64,000 bases of DNA from assembly GCA_965364455.1 (NCBI GenBank), contig CBDTXN010000001.1, positions 5,211 through 69,210 on the forward strand, given 5' to 3'. Source of the DNA: an uncultured Flavobacteriaceae bacterium. Lineage in GTDB: Bacteria; Bacteroidota; Bacteroidia; Flavobacteriales; Flavobacteriaceae. Positions 28,766-38,634 of this stretch are shown in pieces; within the stretch, counting starts at the first letter, position 1; the number at the start of each line of letters is the position of its first letter. The notes beneath the pieces were generated by a model. That model was not told where the DNA came from. It made no database searches and saw only the letters and a list, made by a program, of their open reading frames with translations. Both the position numbers and the translations under genes were made by a program.

Positions 28766-30661
28766 ATGAAGAGATTACTATTAAGTTTATTATTTATTAG
28801 CACTGGCCTTATTCAGGCTCAGAACAATACTTCATATTGGCAGCAGCATGTAGATTACACAATGGAAGTGGACATGAATGTTGACAATTTCAAATATACC
28901 GGAACTCAGGAACTAGTTTATACCAACAATTCTCCTGATACCCTCAACAGAGTATTTTACCACCTTTTCTTCAATGCTTTTCAACCGGATAGCGAAATGA
29001 ATGCGAGACTGGAAAGCGTTCCAGATCCAGATGGCAGAATGACCATTAATAAAGGTACCAAAGAGAATCCTGAAATAGTAAGCAGGATTACCGGCCTTTC
29101 TCCTGAACAGCAGGGTTACCTGAAAGTAAATTCCTTAACCCAGAATGGTAAAGAATTGCAGTATGAAGAAGTAGGAACTGTCCTAGAAGTGGAGCTTACT
29201 GAGCCAATTCTGCCTGGTGAAAAAACAACTTTCAATATGAATTTTGAAGGTCAGGTACCAGAACAGATCAGAAGATCTGGTAGAAACAGCTCTGAGGGGG
29301 TTGCTCTTTCTATGAGCCAGTGGTATCCTAAGTTAGCTGAGTATGACTTCCAGGGATGGCATGCAGATTCTTATATCGCACGTGAATTTCACGGTGTTTG
29401 GGGCGATTTTGATGTAAAGATCAGCATAGACAAGGATTATACTATTGGAAGTACGGGATATCTTCAGAATCCTCAGGAAATAGGTCATGGTTATGAAAAA
29501 GAAGGAACTAAAGTAAAGACCAAAGGAGACAAGTTAACCTGGCACTTTGTAGCTCCTAAAGTACATGACTTCACCTGGGCCGCAGATCCTGAATATATTC
29601 ATGATACTTTGGTTGCTGAAGATGGAACCGAATTACATTTCTTTTATAAAGACAATGATGAAATAAAAGAGAACTGGGAGAAGCTTCAGCCAAAATCAGC
29701 TGAATTATTGGCTTATTTCAATGAACACATTGGACCTTATCCATGGGATCAATACTCGGTAGTTCAAGGTGGTGACGGAGGTATGGAATATGCCATGTTA
29801 ACCCTTATTACAGGAGAGCGTTCTTTTGAAAGCCTGGTAGGGGTTACTGCCCATGAGATGGCTCACGCCTGGTTTCAGCATTTATTAGCCACCAATGAAA
29901 GCATTAACGAATGGATGGATGAAGGCTTTACTTCTTATATCTCATCTGAAGCCGAAAATGTTATTCTGGACAAAAATGCTGAAAATCCACATACAGGATC
30001 TTATAGAAGCTATGGATATCTTGCTAAATCTGGTAAAGAACAACCACAGACCACTCATGCTGATAGATATGCGATGAATGCGCTATATGGTGCTGCAGCT
30101 TACTCAAAAGGAGCCGTATTCCTTGCCCAGTTAGGATATGTGATTGGTAAAGAAAATTTAGCAAAAACCTTGAATCGTTATTATGATGAATGGAAATTCA
30201 AGCATCCAACACCTAACGATTTTATAAGAATTGCTGAAAAAGTATCTGGAGCTGAATTAGACTGGTATTTACAGGACTGGACCAGGACCACAAATACTAT
30301 AGACTACGCGATCAATAATGTTGAAGGTCAAGGCGATCTTACCACAGTTACTTTACAGAGAAACGGACTAATGCCGATGCCTGTAGATGTTAATGTAACA
30401 TACGAAGATGGTACAAAAGAGACCTTTTATATCCCATTACAAATGATGAGATGGGAAAAACCAGCTGAAGAAGGTGTTAATAGAACCATTGAAAAAGACT
30501 GGGCCTGGGGATCCCCTGGATATCAGTTAGAAATTCCGGTTGGAATGGATAAAATTTCAACCATTGAAATAGACGAATCACAAATGATGGCAGATATAGA
30601 CCGCTCTAATAATAAGTGGACGGGATCTGATGAGGAAAAAGATTCTAATTCCAGTAATTAA
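28766..30661 (+). CDS. M1-family zinc aminopeptidase, secreted
   Basis: GGMEY, HEMAH...WMDEG, YSKGA; signal peptide. Confidence 0.92.
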   Translation: MKRLLLSLLFISTGLIQAQNNTSYWQQHVDYTMEVDMNVDNFKYTGTQELVYTNNSPDTLNRVFYHLFFNAFQPDSEMNARLESVPDPDGRMTINKGTKENPEIVSRITGLSPEQQGYLKVNSLTQNGKELQYEEVGTVLEVELTEPILPGEKTTFNMNFEGQVPEQIRRSGRNSSEGVALSMSQWYPKLAEYDFQGWHADSYIAREFHGVWGDFDVKISIDKDYTIGSTGYLQNPQEIGHGYEKEGTKVKTKGDKLTWHFVAPKVHDFTWAADPEYIHDTLVAEDGTELHFFYKDNDEIKENWEKLQPKSAELLAYFNEHIGPYPWDQYSVVQGGDGGMEYAMLTLITGERSFESLVGVTAHEMAHAWFQHLLATNESINEWMDEGFTSYISSEAENVILDKNAENPHTGSYRSYGYLAKSGKEQPQTTHADRYAMNALYGAAAYSKGAVFLAQLGYVIGKENLAKTLNRYYDEWKFKHPTPNDFIRIAEKVSGAELDWYLQDWTRTTNTIDYAINNVEGQGDLTTVTLQRNGLMPMPVDVNVTYEDGTKETFYIPLQMMRWEKPAEEGVNRTIEKDWAWGSPGYQLEIPVGMDKISTIEIDESQMMADIDRSNNKWTGSDEEKDSNSSN

Positions 30662-31896
30662 TCTTCTCTGCTATTAACCTTATCAAACCCTTTCTTAACC
30701 GAAAGGGTTTTTTTATACCAGGAAAGATCTTCATAAAGATATGTTTTAGATACCCTGTCCCGGCTGGAAACCTTAATATAATTAGGACCAATTTCCCTGC
30801 TTCTGTAACCTAATAAATGGAAAATAGGTTTGGCCAGGAAGCGTGCTACTTTTAAATTAATGATCAGGGCAGATCTTCTAGAATCTTCCCAATTCACACC
30901 GGGTAAAATGGTAAGAATATTATCAGCATTTATATTTCTGAAAAGTGCCGATAAATTCAAAAAGAAAGGTTCAATTTTCCTGATAAGAAAGTAGCCGTCA
31001 ACTCCCTTTTTCTGGTATAAAGGCATGAATAAAGTTGCCTTTTTCTCCAGGTATATATCTTTTTCATCGCTGGATGCCAGTAATGTGCCTTTTTCGAGTA
31101 ATTCAAAACTCGAAAATCCGGATTTCATTTTAAAATGCTCTTCCCGTTTTATGTTATATCTATAAATGATCTCATAGATCTTACTGTTTGATTCAGCGGC
31201 TTTCTGTAGTTTTTGAAATTCATTTTCGATATCCCCGAATTTGATAATCTCCGAAAAATGCAAGGCAAGTTTTACGAATGATCTGGCATTGATAATTGCT
31301 TCTTTGGAAGTATGTTGTCCGGACTCAAAACCTAAAGAAACATAACCCAGCTTATTGATATAACTCAATAGCGGGCCTTCCAGATACTCCTCGATTCCCA
31401 GTATAACCGGGACAGGAAAGATCTTTGAAAATCTACGGTTTATCAAACTATCGTTAATGGTTATAAAAGGCAGACTATCACTGGAAGTCGTATGCAGGTC
31501 TATAAAATAAAGCGGAGAATTGTGTTTTTTGATGATCTGGTTCAGGATCTTATTGATCTCATTTTGCTCTTGATCTTCAGCATATTTATCTTTTTCAAAT
31601 GATCTTTTTTCCATTCTTGCCGAAGTCCACATCCGGTTAAGATCGAAATCAAGAAATCTTTTGTTTTTAGTTAAGGCCTTTAAATTCCCATAAATAGCAT
31701 AAATATTACCCTTAATATCATCAGGGTCTATTCCTTTCAAAACATTTTCAAGGGCTTTTACTCCAGCCTGTTCATTTCCATGAATTCCGGCAAATAAAAT
31801 CATCACAGGACCTGCTTTATTGCCCTCGATGACCTTTAGAAATCTACTGTTATTAATTTCGTTTTTTAAGATTCCGCTGGATGGTTCAGTTATCAT
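30658..31896 (-). CDS. Succinylglutamate desuccinylase/aspartoacylase (AstE/AspA, M14-like) family hydrolase with a C-terminal extension
   Basis: AGIHGNE, DLNRMW, IDLHT, FESGQH. Confidence 0.85.
   Translation of the reverse strand: MITEPSSGILKNEINNSRFLKVIEGNKAGPVMILFAGIHGNEQAGVKALENVLKGIDPDDIKGNIYAIYGNLKALTKNKRFLDFDLNRMWTSARMEKRSFEKDKYAEDQEQNEINKILNQIIKKHNSPLYFIDLHTTSSDSLPFITINDSLINRRFSKIFPVPVILGIEEYLEGPLLSYINKLGYVSLGFESGQHTSKEAIINARSFVKLALHFSEIIKFGDIENEFQKLQKAAESNSKIYEIIYRYNIKREEHFKMKSGFSSFELLEKGTLLASSDEKDIYLEKKATLFMPLYQKKGVDGYFLIRKIEPFFLNLSALFRNINADNILTILPGVNWEDSRRSALIINLKVARFLAKPIFHLLGYRSREIGPNYIKVSSRDRVSKTYLYEDLSWYKKTLSVKKGFDKVNSRED
30685..30714 (+). terminator. Intrinsic terminator of the MBL-S8-M1 unit, lying inside the 3' end of the opposite-strand CDS
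   Basis: AAACCCTTTC-TTAACC-GAAAGGGTTT-TTTT. Confidence 0.7.
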
Positions 31897-33749
31897 AATT
31901 CCAGATCATTCTTGGTTAGTATCGCGATCAATCTGTTTCTATCTACTACCGGCAAACAACCAATTTCATATTCTTTCATTAGGTTAATTGCATTCTTTAA
32001 TGGCTCATCCTGGGTAGTGGTAATTAGTTCTTTTCTCATAACATCCTTAACACACAGGTGCTGGCTCTCTTCATTTTCTGAATATTCTTCAACATCTTTC
32101 CAGCTTAAAAGACCAATGATCATTTTATTTGAATTTATTACGGGCATGTGATGAATATTATTCCATTTCATCATATGTATCACAAGTTCCAGGCTATCAT
32201 TAGGGTCTACCGAATATATATTGGTATTCATGTTATGTTTAACGATCCTTTGAATTTGAAAATTCGTCTTCAATTCAGGATCCAGAAGCTCCCATTCGCC
32301 TACCGGATTGTCTTTCATTTGATTTTCAAAGATATAGGAGGTTAAAACCTGCATGGCTTCCAATGGTTTCTTTTTCAGTTGAAGGTTTCTAAAACTTTTT
32401 ACCGTCCATTCGGCTCCATTCCAGGTTTTAAGTCGATTTTCAATAATACCAAGATAAATATCAATATCAGCAGCAGATATTTGACAATTCTCAAGGCCTT
32501 TCCTGGCTATGGGAAGTAATTCAGTCAGCAATAGTTCTTTTGCGGTGATCTGCCTTTTATTCCAGGTAAAAATGGAATCCAGACCTGTTCTTCCTGCTTT
32601 ATAAAAATTTGCCCGTATATTCTTAAAATCCTCTTTTTCATGGATATTCTTTAATTCTTCAGGCTGGCCCTTCATCAAACCAACCCAGAAGACCATATTC
32701 GCAACTTCATCAATAACACTTGGACCGGCAGGGATATATCTGCATTCAATACGAACATGGGCTTTATTTTTTGCGACACCATAACAGACTCTGTTCCACC
32801 TGTAAACGGTACCGTTGTGAAGATTTAGTGCTTTAAGATCTGGGATCTTATTCTCTGAAAGGCTGTGCATACTATCATATTCAAAATCTGAAGTAAGTAA
32901 ACTCCTGAACCTGGAAATATTATCCTTAAAAATATCTGAGATCCCTTTGGTTTCCCAATGTGATCCAAAACTTACCCGAGCCTGTTTTTCATTAAGCACA
33001 AAAGAATTCGCCCGGGTATCTGTACTTTGATTAAAAAGAGCAATACGTGTTTCAGACCATAATTCCTTACCAAAGAGAATAGGGGAGTTCACACAGGCAC
33101 TCAATACTGGTCCTGCTATAGCTTGAGCCCAGTTATACTTTTCTATAAACTCATCAGGATTAATCTGTAAATGCATCTGAAAACTGGTATTACAGGCTTC
33201 CAGCATTACAGAATCATGTAAAAGGTTTAATTCATCCACACCTTTGATATGAATCCAGAAATCCTGTTTTCTTGAATTTTTGATGGATTCATTCAGGGCA
33301 TAATATCTCTGCAGAGGTGTCATATAATCTTCAGAAATATGCCTTAATCTTAAGGTTGGTAAAATTCCGGTTAGAACGATTCGAGAATCGTGATCCTCAG
33401 CTATTTTTTTAACCTTATCGAGGTAATGATTGATATTCTTATGTAATTCAGAGAAACAGTCAGAATTCAGCTCTAAAGGATCAAGATTAAGTTCCAGGTT
33501 ATATTTTCCAATCTCTGTAGTAAAATGTTTATCCTCAAGATCTTTCAATATACCCATAGAGGTATTTACAGGTAAAAACGAATTATTAACCAGGCAGAAT
33601 TCTTGTTCAGCCCCAATTCTAATCGGGGATTTTTCAATTAGATCATTAGAAATCAAATGATCCAGGGCTTCTAGATCTTTAATTAACTGATGAATATACT
33701 TGGCCCTGTCCTTTTTCCGGTTTAATACGGTAACATCCAGATTTCCCAT
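31893..33749 (-). CDS. Glutamate-cysteine ligase family 2 (GCS2)-like carboxylate-amine ligase fused to a C-terminal CBS pair
   Basis: RIGAEQEFCLV, TTEIGKYNLELN, EACNTSFQMHLQ, HNGTVYRWNR, HVRIECRYIPAGP; CBS motifs IHHMPVI..IIGLLS and IGCLPVV..LIAILT. Confidence 0.8.
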   Translation of the reverse strand: MGNLDVTVLNRKKDRAKYIHQLIKDLEALDHLISNDLIEKSPIRIGAEQEFCLVNNSFLPVNTSMGILKDLEDKHFTTEIGKYNLELNLDPLELNSDCFSELHKNINHYLDKVKKIAEDHDSRIVLTGILPTLRLRHISEDYMTPLQRYYALNESIKNSRKQDFWIHIKGVDELNLLHDSVMLEACNTSFQMHLQINPDEFIEKYNWAQAIAGPVLSACVNSPILFGKELWSETRIALFNQSTDTRANSFVLNEKQARVSFGSHWETKGISDIFKDNISRFRSLLTSDFEYDSMHSLSENKIPDLKALNLHNGTVYRWNRVCYGVAKNKAHVRIECRYIPAGPSVIDEVANMVFWVGLMKGQPEELKNIHEKEDFKNIRANFYKAGRTGLDSIFTWNKRQITAKELLLTELLPIARKGLENCQISAADIDIYLGIIENRLKTWNGAEWTVKSFRNLQLKKKPLEAMQVLTSYIFENQMKDNPVGEWELLDPELKTNFQIQRIVKHNMNTNIYSVDPNDSLELVIHMMKWNNIHHMPVINSNKMIIGLLSWKDVEEYSENEESQHLCVKDVMRKELITTTQDEPLKNAINLMKEYEIGCLPVVDRNRLIAILTKNDLEL

Positions 33750-33866
33750 ATCCTTGATTTAAATAACCAAGTAACTGATAATCATAAAATAAAAATATGA
33801 TTGGGGTCATGTTTGAATTATTTTAATTAGTTGCGGAATTGCTACTTTTACAGCAGATTCAGCTAT

Positions 33867-34238
33867 ATGGACCAGAAATTTGGAAAGAAAGACCGTCTTA
33901 AAAGTAAAAAACTCATAGACAGTTTATTTGTGGAAGGAAAAAGTGTAAAGGCCTATCCTTTAAAACTTGTATATATTCCATTTCAGGATTCAGATGTTCC
34001 TGAAATCAAGACCGCGGTTTCTGTTCCCAAAAAGCTGGTTAAAACCGCTGTTCAGCGTAACAGAATTAAGCGATTGATGAGAGAGGTTTTCAGAAAAAAT
34101 AAGTATCTTGTTACCAATCGTTTAACTTCCCATGCATTCATGTTCATCTATATTTCTCGTGATGAGCCAACCTACGAAAAACTTGAAAAGTGCATGATCA
34201 GGGTTTTAGAAAAATTCAATAAGCAAAGTGAAGAATAA
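33867..34238 (+). CDS. rnpA: Ribonuclease P protein component
   Basis: FGKKDRLKSKK, VSVPKK..AVQRNRIKRLMRE (RNR motif). ATG at 33867. Confidence 0.92.
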   Translation: MDQKFGKKDRLKSKKLIDSLFVEGKSVKAYPLKLVYIPFQDSDVPEIKTAVSVPKKLVKTAVQRNRIKRLMREVFRKNKYLVTNRLTSHAFMFIYISRDEPTYEKLEKCMIRVLEKFNKQSEE

Positions 34239-34319
34239 TAAAAAATGCTACATTAAACTTCTAGTACTAGCGTTATTAAAACGGGTAGATCACATCAGTA
34301 ATAATAAAATATCAAGAAG

Positions 34320-35954
34320 ATGAAAAAACGTATCAGCAGAATAATCATTCTTCCGGTGGTTCTAATCGGGATTTTTATAGGGACGGTAAGTTTTAAATCA
34401 GACTTCTTTGAGATCGCCAAGCAGATAGAGATCTTCACTACACTGTTCAAGGAGATCAATATGAATTATGTTGATGAGACTAATCCTGCGGCACTTATGG
34501 ATACAGCTATTAAATCTATGCTTACAGACCTGGATCCATATACCAATTACTGGAACGAGCAGGATGTGGAAGCAGCCAGAATAAATAGCGCTGGTGAATA
34601 TACCGGGATTGGGGCTGGGGGTAAAACAAGTCCCGATGCTATTACCATTGTGGAAGCTTATAAGGATTATCCAGCAGATAAAGCCGGTTTAAAGGCCGGA
34701 GATGAGATTATTAAGATTGGAAATATCAATGTTGCCGATTTTAAAGAAGATGCCGGAGAATTGCTTAATGGAGCTCCTAATACAGATATAAATCTAACTT
34801 ATCGCCGGCAGGGAGAGATTAAAACTACTTCACTAAAAAGAGGAGCCGTAGAACTTGATGCCGTACCGTTCTATAAATTACTGGATGATAATTCGGCCTA
34901 TATTGTTCTTTCAAGATTTAATGCCAAGGCTTCAACAGAAGTTGCTCGAGCTTTAAAGGATCTAAAAAACCAGGGTGCTAATAAGGTAATATTGGATCTA
35001 AGAGGAAACCCGGGAGGTTTACTTAACGAAGCCATTAATGTGAGTAATATTTTTATAGATCAGGGTGAGCTTATAGTTACCACCAAGTCTGAAATTGAAA
35101 AATACAACCGCGAATATTTTACTAAAAAAGAGCCTATAGATACTAAAATCCCACTGGTTGTTCTAGTAGATGGCAGAAGCGCCTCTGCCAGTGAGATCGT
35201 GGCAAAAGCGGTACAGGATCTGGATAGGGGAGTGATCGTAGGAGCCAGAAGTTTTGGAAAAGGCTTAGTACAGCGTCCTCGTGAGCTTGCTTATGGAACC
35301 CAGCTTAAAATTACCATTTCCAGATATTATACCCCAAGTGGTAGATGTATACAGGCATTAGATTACCGAAGAAGGTCAGAGGATGGGAAAGCTTTAAGAA
35401 CAAAGGTTGAAGATTATAACGAATTTAAAACCAAAAATGGTAGATCTGTTTACGATGGTGGAGGGATATTACCAGATATAAAACTTGAATCTTCTGAATT
35501 TAGTGATATCACGCAATCCTTATTATTACAGGATGCTATCTTCGATTATGCTACGAGGTACTATTATTCCCATGATATCGCTGAACCGGATAGTTTCAAT
35601 TTTTCTGATTCAGATTTTAATGATTTCAAGAATTACCTTAAAACCTCAAATTTTGAATATCAAACTGCTACAGAAAGGGAATTGAATGAAATGATGGATA
35701 AAGCCGAAGAAGAGGAATTAAAAGCGAAAATATCTTCTGAAGTAGATAAAATAAGATCTCAGATTTCAAGCTTTAAAAGCCAGGAATTAGATAGAAAAAA
35801 ACCTGAAATTGTAAGTCTCTTATCTGATGAAATTCTAAAAAGATATTTTTATAAAGAGGGATTATACGAATATTACACCGATAACAATTCAGAAATAATA
35901 AGGGCTAAAGCTATTCTAAACAATCCTACCGAATATTCTAAGATCTTAAATTAA
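34320..35954 (+). CDS. S41A C-terminal processing protease (CtpA/Prc-like)
   Basis: LDPYT, PDZ (PADKAGLKAGD), LDLRGNPGG, SASASEIV, SFGKG.VQ, YYTPSGR. Confidence 0.92.
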   Translation: MKKRISRIIILPVVLIGIFIGTVSFKSDFFEIAKQIEIFTTLFKEINMNYVDETNPAALMDTAIKSMLTDLDPYTNYWNEQDVEAARINSAGEYTGIGAGGKTSPDAITIVEAYKDYPADKAGLKAGDEIIKIGNINVADFKEDAGELLNGAPNTDINLTYRRQGEIKTTSLKRGAVELDAVPFYKLLDDNSAYIVLSRFNAKASTEVARALKDLKNQGANKVILDLRGNPGGLLNEAINVSNIFIDQGELIVTTKSEIEKYNREYFTKKEPIDTKIPLVVLVDGRSASASEIVAKAVQDLDRGVIVGARSFGKGLVQRPRELAYGTQLKITISRYYTPSGRCIQALDYRRRSEDGKALRTKVEDYNEFKTKNGRSVYDGGGILPDIKLESSEFSDITQSLLLQDAIFDYATRYYYSHDIAEPDSFNFSDSDFNDFKNYLKTSNFEYQTATERELNEMMDKAEEEELKAKISSEVDKIRSQISSFKSQELDRKKPEIVSLLSDEILKRYFYKEGLYEYYTDNNSEIIRAKAILNNPTEYSKILN

Positions 35955-35964
35955 GTAACAGAAA

Positions 35965-36783
35965 TTGGAAACTTTTCTTTCATTTTTTGCAGATATGCCT
36001 ACCTGGCAAAAATTGCTGTGGCTTATAATCATATTAGGAGGTTTCTGGATCCTTGAAGGCTATTACGCCTTGATAAAATTCAATTATAACAAATGGAAAC
36101 ATGCCAGAACCAATTTCTATCTGCTTGGTTTCGTGTTATTAATAAACCTTTTATTCGGGATTCTAACGGGGGGAGTTTTTATCTGGTTGAACAAAACAGG
36201 ATTTGGTATTTTAAATTTAATTGATCTACCGGTATGGGCAGAACTTATCATCTCTATTATGGTTCTGGACCTGATAGCACAATATTTTGTGCATTATTTG
36301 TTACATAAAGTAAAATGGATGTGGAGACTGCATCTTGTTCATCATTCAGATACCTATGTAGATACAACTACAGGAACAAGGCATCATCCGTTTGATTTTA
36401 TGATCAGGGAAATTTTCGCTTTAATTGCGGTTTTAATAACGGGTATGCCAGTGTCCTTTTATCTTATTTACAGGCTTATGAGCGTGTTCTTCACTTATTT
36501 TACCCATGCGAATATCAGGTTACCACTAAAAATAGATAAAGCCCTGAGTTATGTTTTTGTAACTCCTAACGTACACAAGTTCCATCATCACTATCAACTT
36601 CCCTGGACCGATACTAATTATGGAAATATCTTAAGCCTTTGGGACAGGATATTTGGAACCTTTACCTATGATAAAACAGAAAAGATTAGATATGGTCTCG
36701 ATATTCTGGAAAATAAAGGAACCAATAAAATAGGTTATCAACTAAGGATCCCTTTTAACAGGAAGATCAGGACAAAAAATTAA
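35965..36783 (+). CDS. Sterol desaturase/fatty-acid hydroxylase family membrane protein
   Basis: His boxes HYLLH, HLVHH, HKFHH; NYG..LSLWDRIFGT. TTG start. Confidence 0.85.
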   Translation: METFLSFFADMPTWQKLLWLIIILGGFWILEGYYALIKFNYNKWKHARTNFYLLGFVLLINLLFGILTGGVFIWLNKTGFGILNLIDLPVWAELIISIMVLDLIAQYFVHYLLHKVKWMWRLHLVHHSDTYVDTTTGTRHHPFDFMIREIFALIAVLITGMPVSFYLIYRLMSVFFTYFTHANIRLPLKIDKALSYVFVTPNVHKFHHHYQLPWTDTNYGNILSLWDRIFGTFTYDKTEKIRYGLDILENKGTNKIGYQLRIPFNRKIRTKN

Positions 36784-37226
36784 TCCTTTACCATGGCAAT
36801 ATGAGGGATACCATCTTCAAGATATCCTTCTCCGGTAGTTTGGTAACCATGAGATTCGTAGAATTTAATAAGGTATTGCTGGGCAGACAGCTTGATATTT
36901 GAAGTTTTAAAATGATCCTGAATCGCTTTTGCTGAAGCTTTCATGATCTCATGACCATAACCAAATTTCCTTTCAGAATCTTTTACCACCACCCTTCCTA
37001 TAGCAGCTTCCTCAAAATAATATCCCGGAGAAAAACAACGTGTATAGGCAACTATTTTACCTTTCTTAAATCCAATTACATGAAGTGCTTCAGCATCCTT
37101 ACCATCTATATCCTGGTAAACACAGTCCTGTTCCACTACAAAAACTTCAGATCTTAGCTGTAAAATGTCATAAAGTTCAGTGAGCTTTAACTCACTGAAC
37201 TTTTTTACTTCTATGTTTAAATCCAT
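36780..37226 (-). CDS. ElaA-like GNAT acetyltransferase
   Basis: LRSEVFVVEQDCVYQDIDGKD, IGRVVV, SAQ.YL..FY, YLEDGIPH. Confidence 0.9.
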   Translation of the reverse strand: MDLNIEVKKFSELKLTELYDILQLRSEVFVVEQDCVYQDIDGKDAEALHVIGFKKGKIVAYTRCFSPGYYFEEAAIGRVVVKDSERKFGYGHEIMKASAKAIQDHFKTSNIKLSAQQYLIKFYESHGYQTTGEGYLEDGIPHIAMVKD

Positions 37227-37232
37227 AGGTTA

Positions 37233-37673
37233 TTAACAGTACTTTTTTGCAGGAATCTTATCTACTCTTCTCTGATGACGACCACCTTCAAATTCGGTAT
37301 TAACAAAGGTCTCGGTCATTTTTAAGGCAAGTTCTTTAGATACGAACCTGGCAGGAATACTCAATACATTAGCATCATTATGTTCCCTGGCCAGTTCAGC
37401 TATCTCTGTATTCCAGCAAAGCGCAGATCTAACTCCCTGGTGTTTATTGGCAGTCATGTTAGCTCCATTTCCGCTACCACATATAATGATACCAAGGTCA
37501 GCTTTTTTGTTTTCCACATCTTCTGCCACCGGATGTACAAAATCTGGATAATCTACACTATCACCTGAATTCGTTCCGTAATTGGTTACGGTATGTCCCA
37601 TCTTTTCAAGCTGTTCCTGGATCATTTCCTTGTAACCAGTACCAGCATGGTCATTTCCAATAGATATTTTCAT
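37233..37673 (-). CDS. rpiB: Ribose-5-phosphate isomerase B
   Basis: GNDHAG, DYPD, CGSGNG, AREHNDAN, FEGGRHQRRV. Confidence 0.95.
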   Translation of the reverse strand: MKISIGNDHAGTGYKEMIQEQLEKMGHTVTNYGTNSGDSVDYPDFVHPVAEDVENKKADLGIIICGSGNGANMTANKHQGVRSALCWNTEIAELAREHNDANVLSIPARFVSKELALKMTETFVNTEFEGGRHQRRVDKIPAKKYC

Positions 37674-37699
37674 AGTTGAATTGTTTGCGGCAAAGTTAA

Positions 37700-38187
37700 A
37701 AAAAGAGGCTGTTAACCAGCTTATTTTTGATTGTTAATTACTTTATTGAATGTGTTATTTTTCAGCACTTTAAAATTGACACCTAATTGTTCAAAACATA
37801 TGATGAATTACTTAAAAAGAAATTTGGTTTTTAAGAAATTTATAACAATACAAGCACAAAGTCGAATAAATCAAATAATAACTAGGGAATTTTTTAGATA
37901 GTTATGAGCACTTAAAAACACGTTGTTGACAATTGTTAACTTCTAACTTTTCAATAAAAACTATTAAAACAATTTTATGAACTTTTGTTAAGTAAATCTT
38001 AAAAGGCTTAGAATATCAATTACTTAGCAATTAACACCTATGTTGATAAACTGTTATCAATTAATCACAAGTGAAAAACCAAACCATCTTCAATAAAATT
38101 GTTCTACAAATTAACACGCCATCATATAACATCATTTAATTTTTTTTAAAAAGAAGAAAAGATAAATATGATATATACTGTTTATAA
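37700..38187. other. Probable chromosomal replication origin (oriC)
   Basis: About 500-bp AT-rich non-coding stretch. DnaA-box-like 9-mers: TGTTGATAA at 38041 (reverse complement TTATCAACA), TGTTGACAA at 37924, TTAATCACA at 38061, and many TTAACA/TGTTAA cores. Exact IHF consensus TATCAATTACTTA at 38014-38026. AT-rich tail. parS sites and mnmG lie 14-16 kb away. Confidence 0.6.
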
Positions 38188-38430
38188 CTAAACGATCCTT
38201 AGATGGGAAGATTTGTCATTTAGAGAATCTATTATTTGTTTTGCTTTAGATATATCTGATAGATGAACCATAAGTCTTATTCCGCCGAATGCATTTGAAG
38301 ATAGCGGTAAAAGTCCAACGAGGGTCTCGTTCTGGAAGTAATGCCGTATACCGGCGTTTTCGAATTCTAATTTAATAACCAGATATTCGTGCGGATATGT
38401 ATATACAGCCAGGCATTTATAATCTTTCAT
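38188..38430 (-). CDS. DUF2007-like (PII-like fold) small protein
   Basis: YTYPHE...LENAGI.....NE......SNAFGGIRLMV pattern. Confidence 0.7.
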   Translation of the reverse strand: MKDYKCLAVYTYPHEYLVIKLEFENAGIRHYFQNETLVGLLPLSSNAFGGIRLMVHLSDISKAKQIIDSLNDKSSHLRIV

Positions 38431-38463
38431 GAGAAATGAAATTAACCTAACTAAAGATAGGTT

Positions 38464-38634
38464 TTATTCCCTTATGCTAAGGGCCAGGGTAGAATTTTTA
38501 ACGGGTTCGTCCTCTATAAAGAAATTTGTGTTCTTATTAAGAGTCTTATTGATCGAGCTAACAAAATAGAGTAGTCCAAATATAAATATAAGGAAGAATA
38601 GTGCTGAGAATTTGACTGACTTGCTGACTTTCAT
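38464..38634 (-). CDS. Hypothetical 56-aa single-pass membrane protein (not in ORF track)
   Basis: Hand translation MKVSKSVKFSALFFLIFIFGLLYFVSSINKTLNKNTNFFIEDEPVKNSTLALSIRE*; a TATATTTG -7 element sits just upstream of the ATG. Confidence 0.55.
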   Translation of the reverse strand: MKVSKSVKFSALFFLIFIFGLLYFVSSINKTLNKNTNFFIEDEPVKNSTLALSIRE

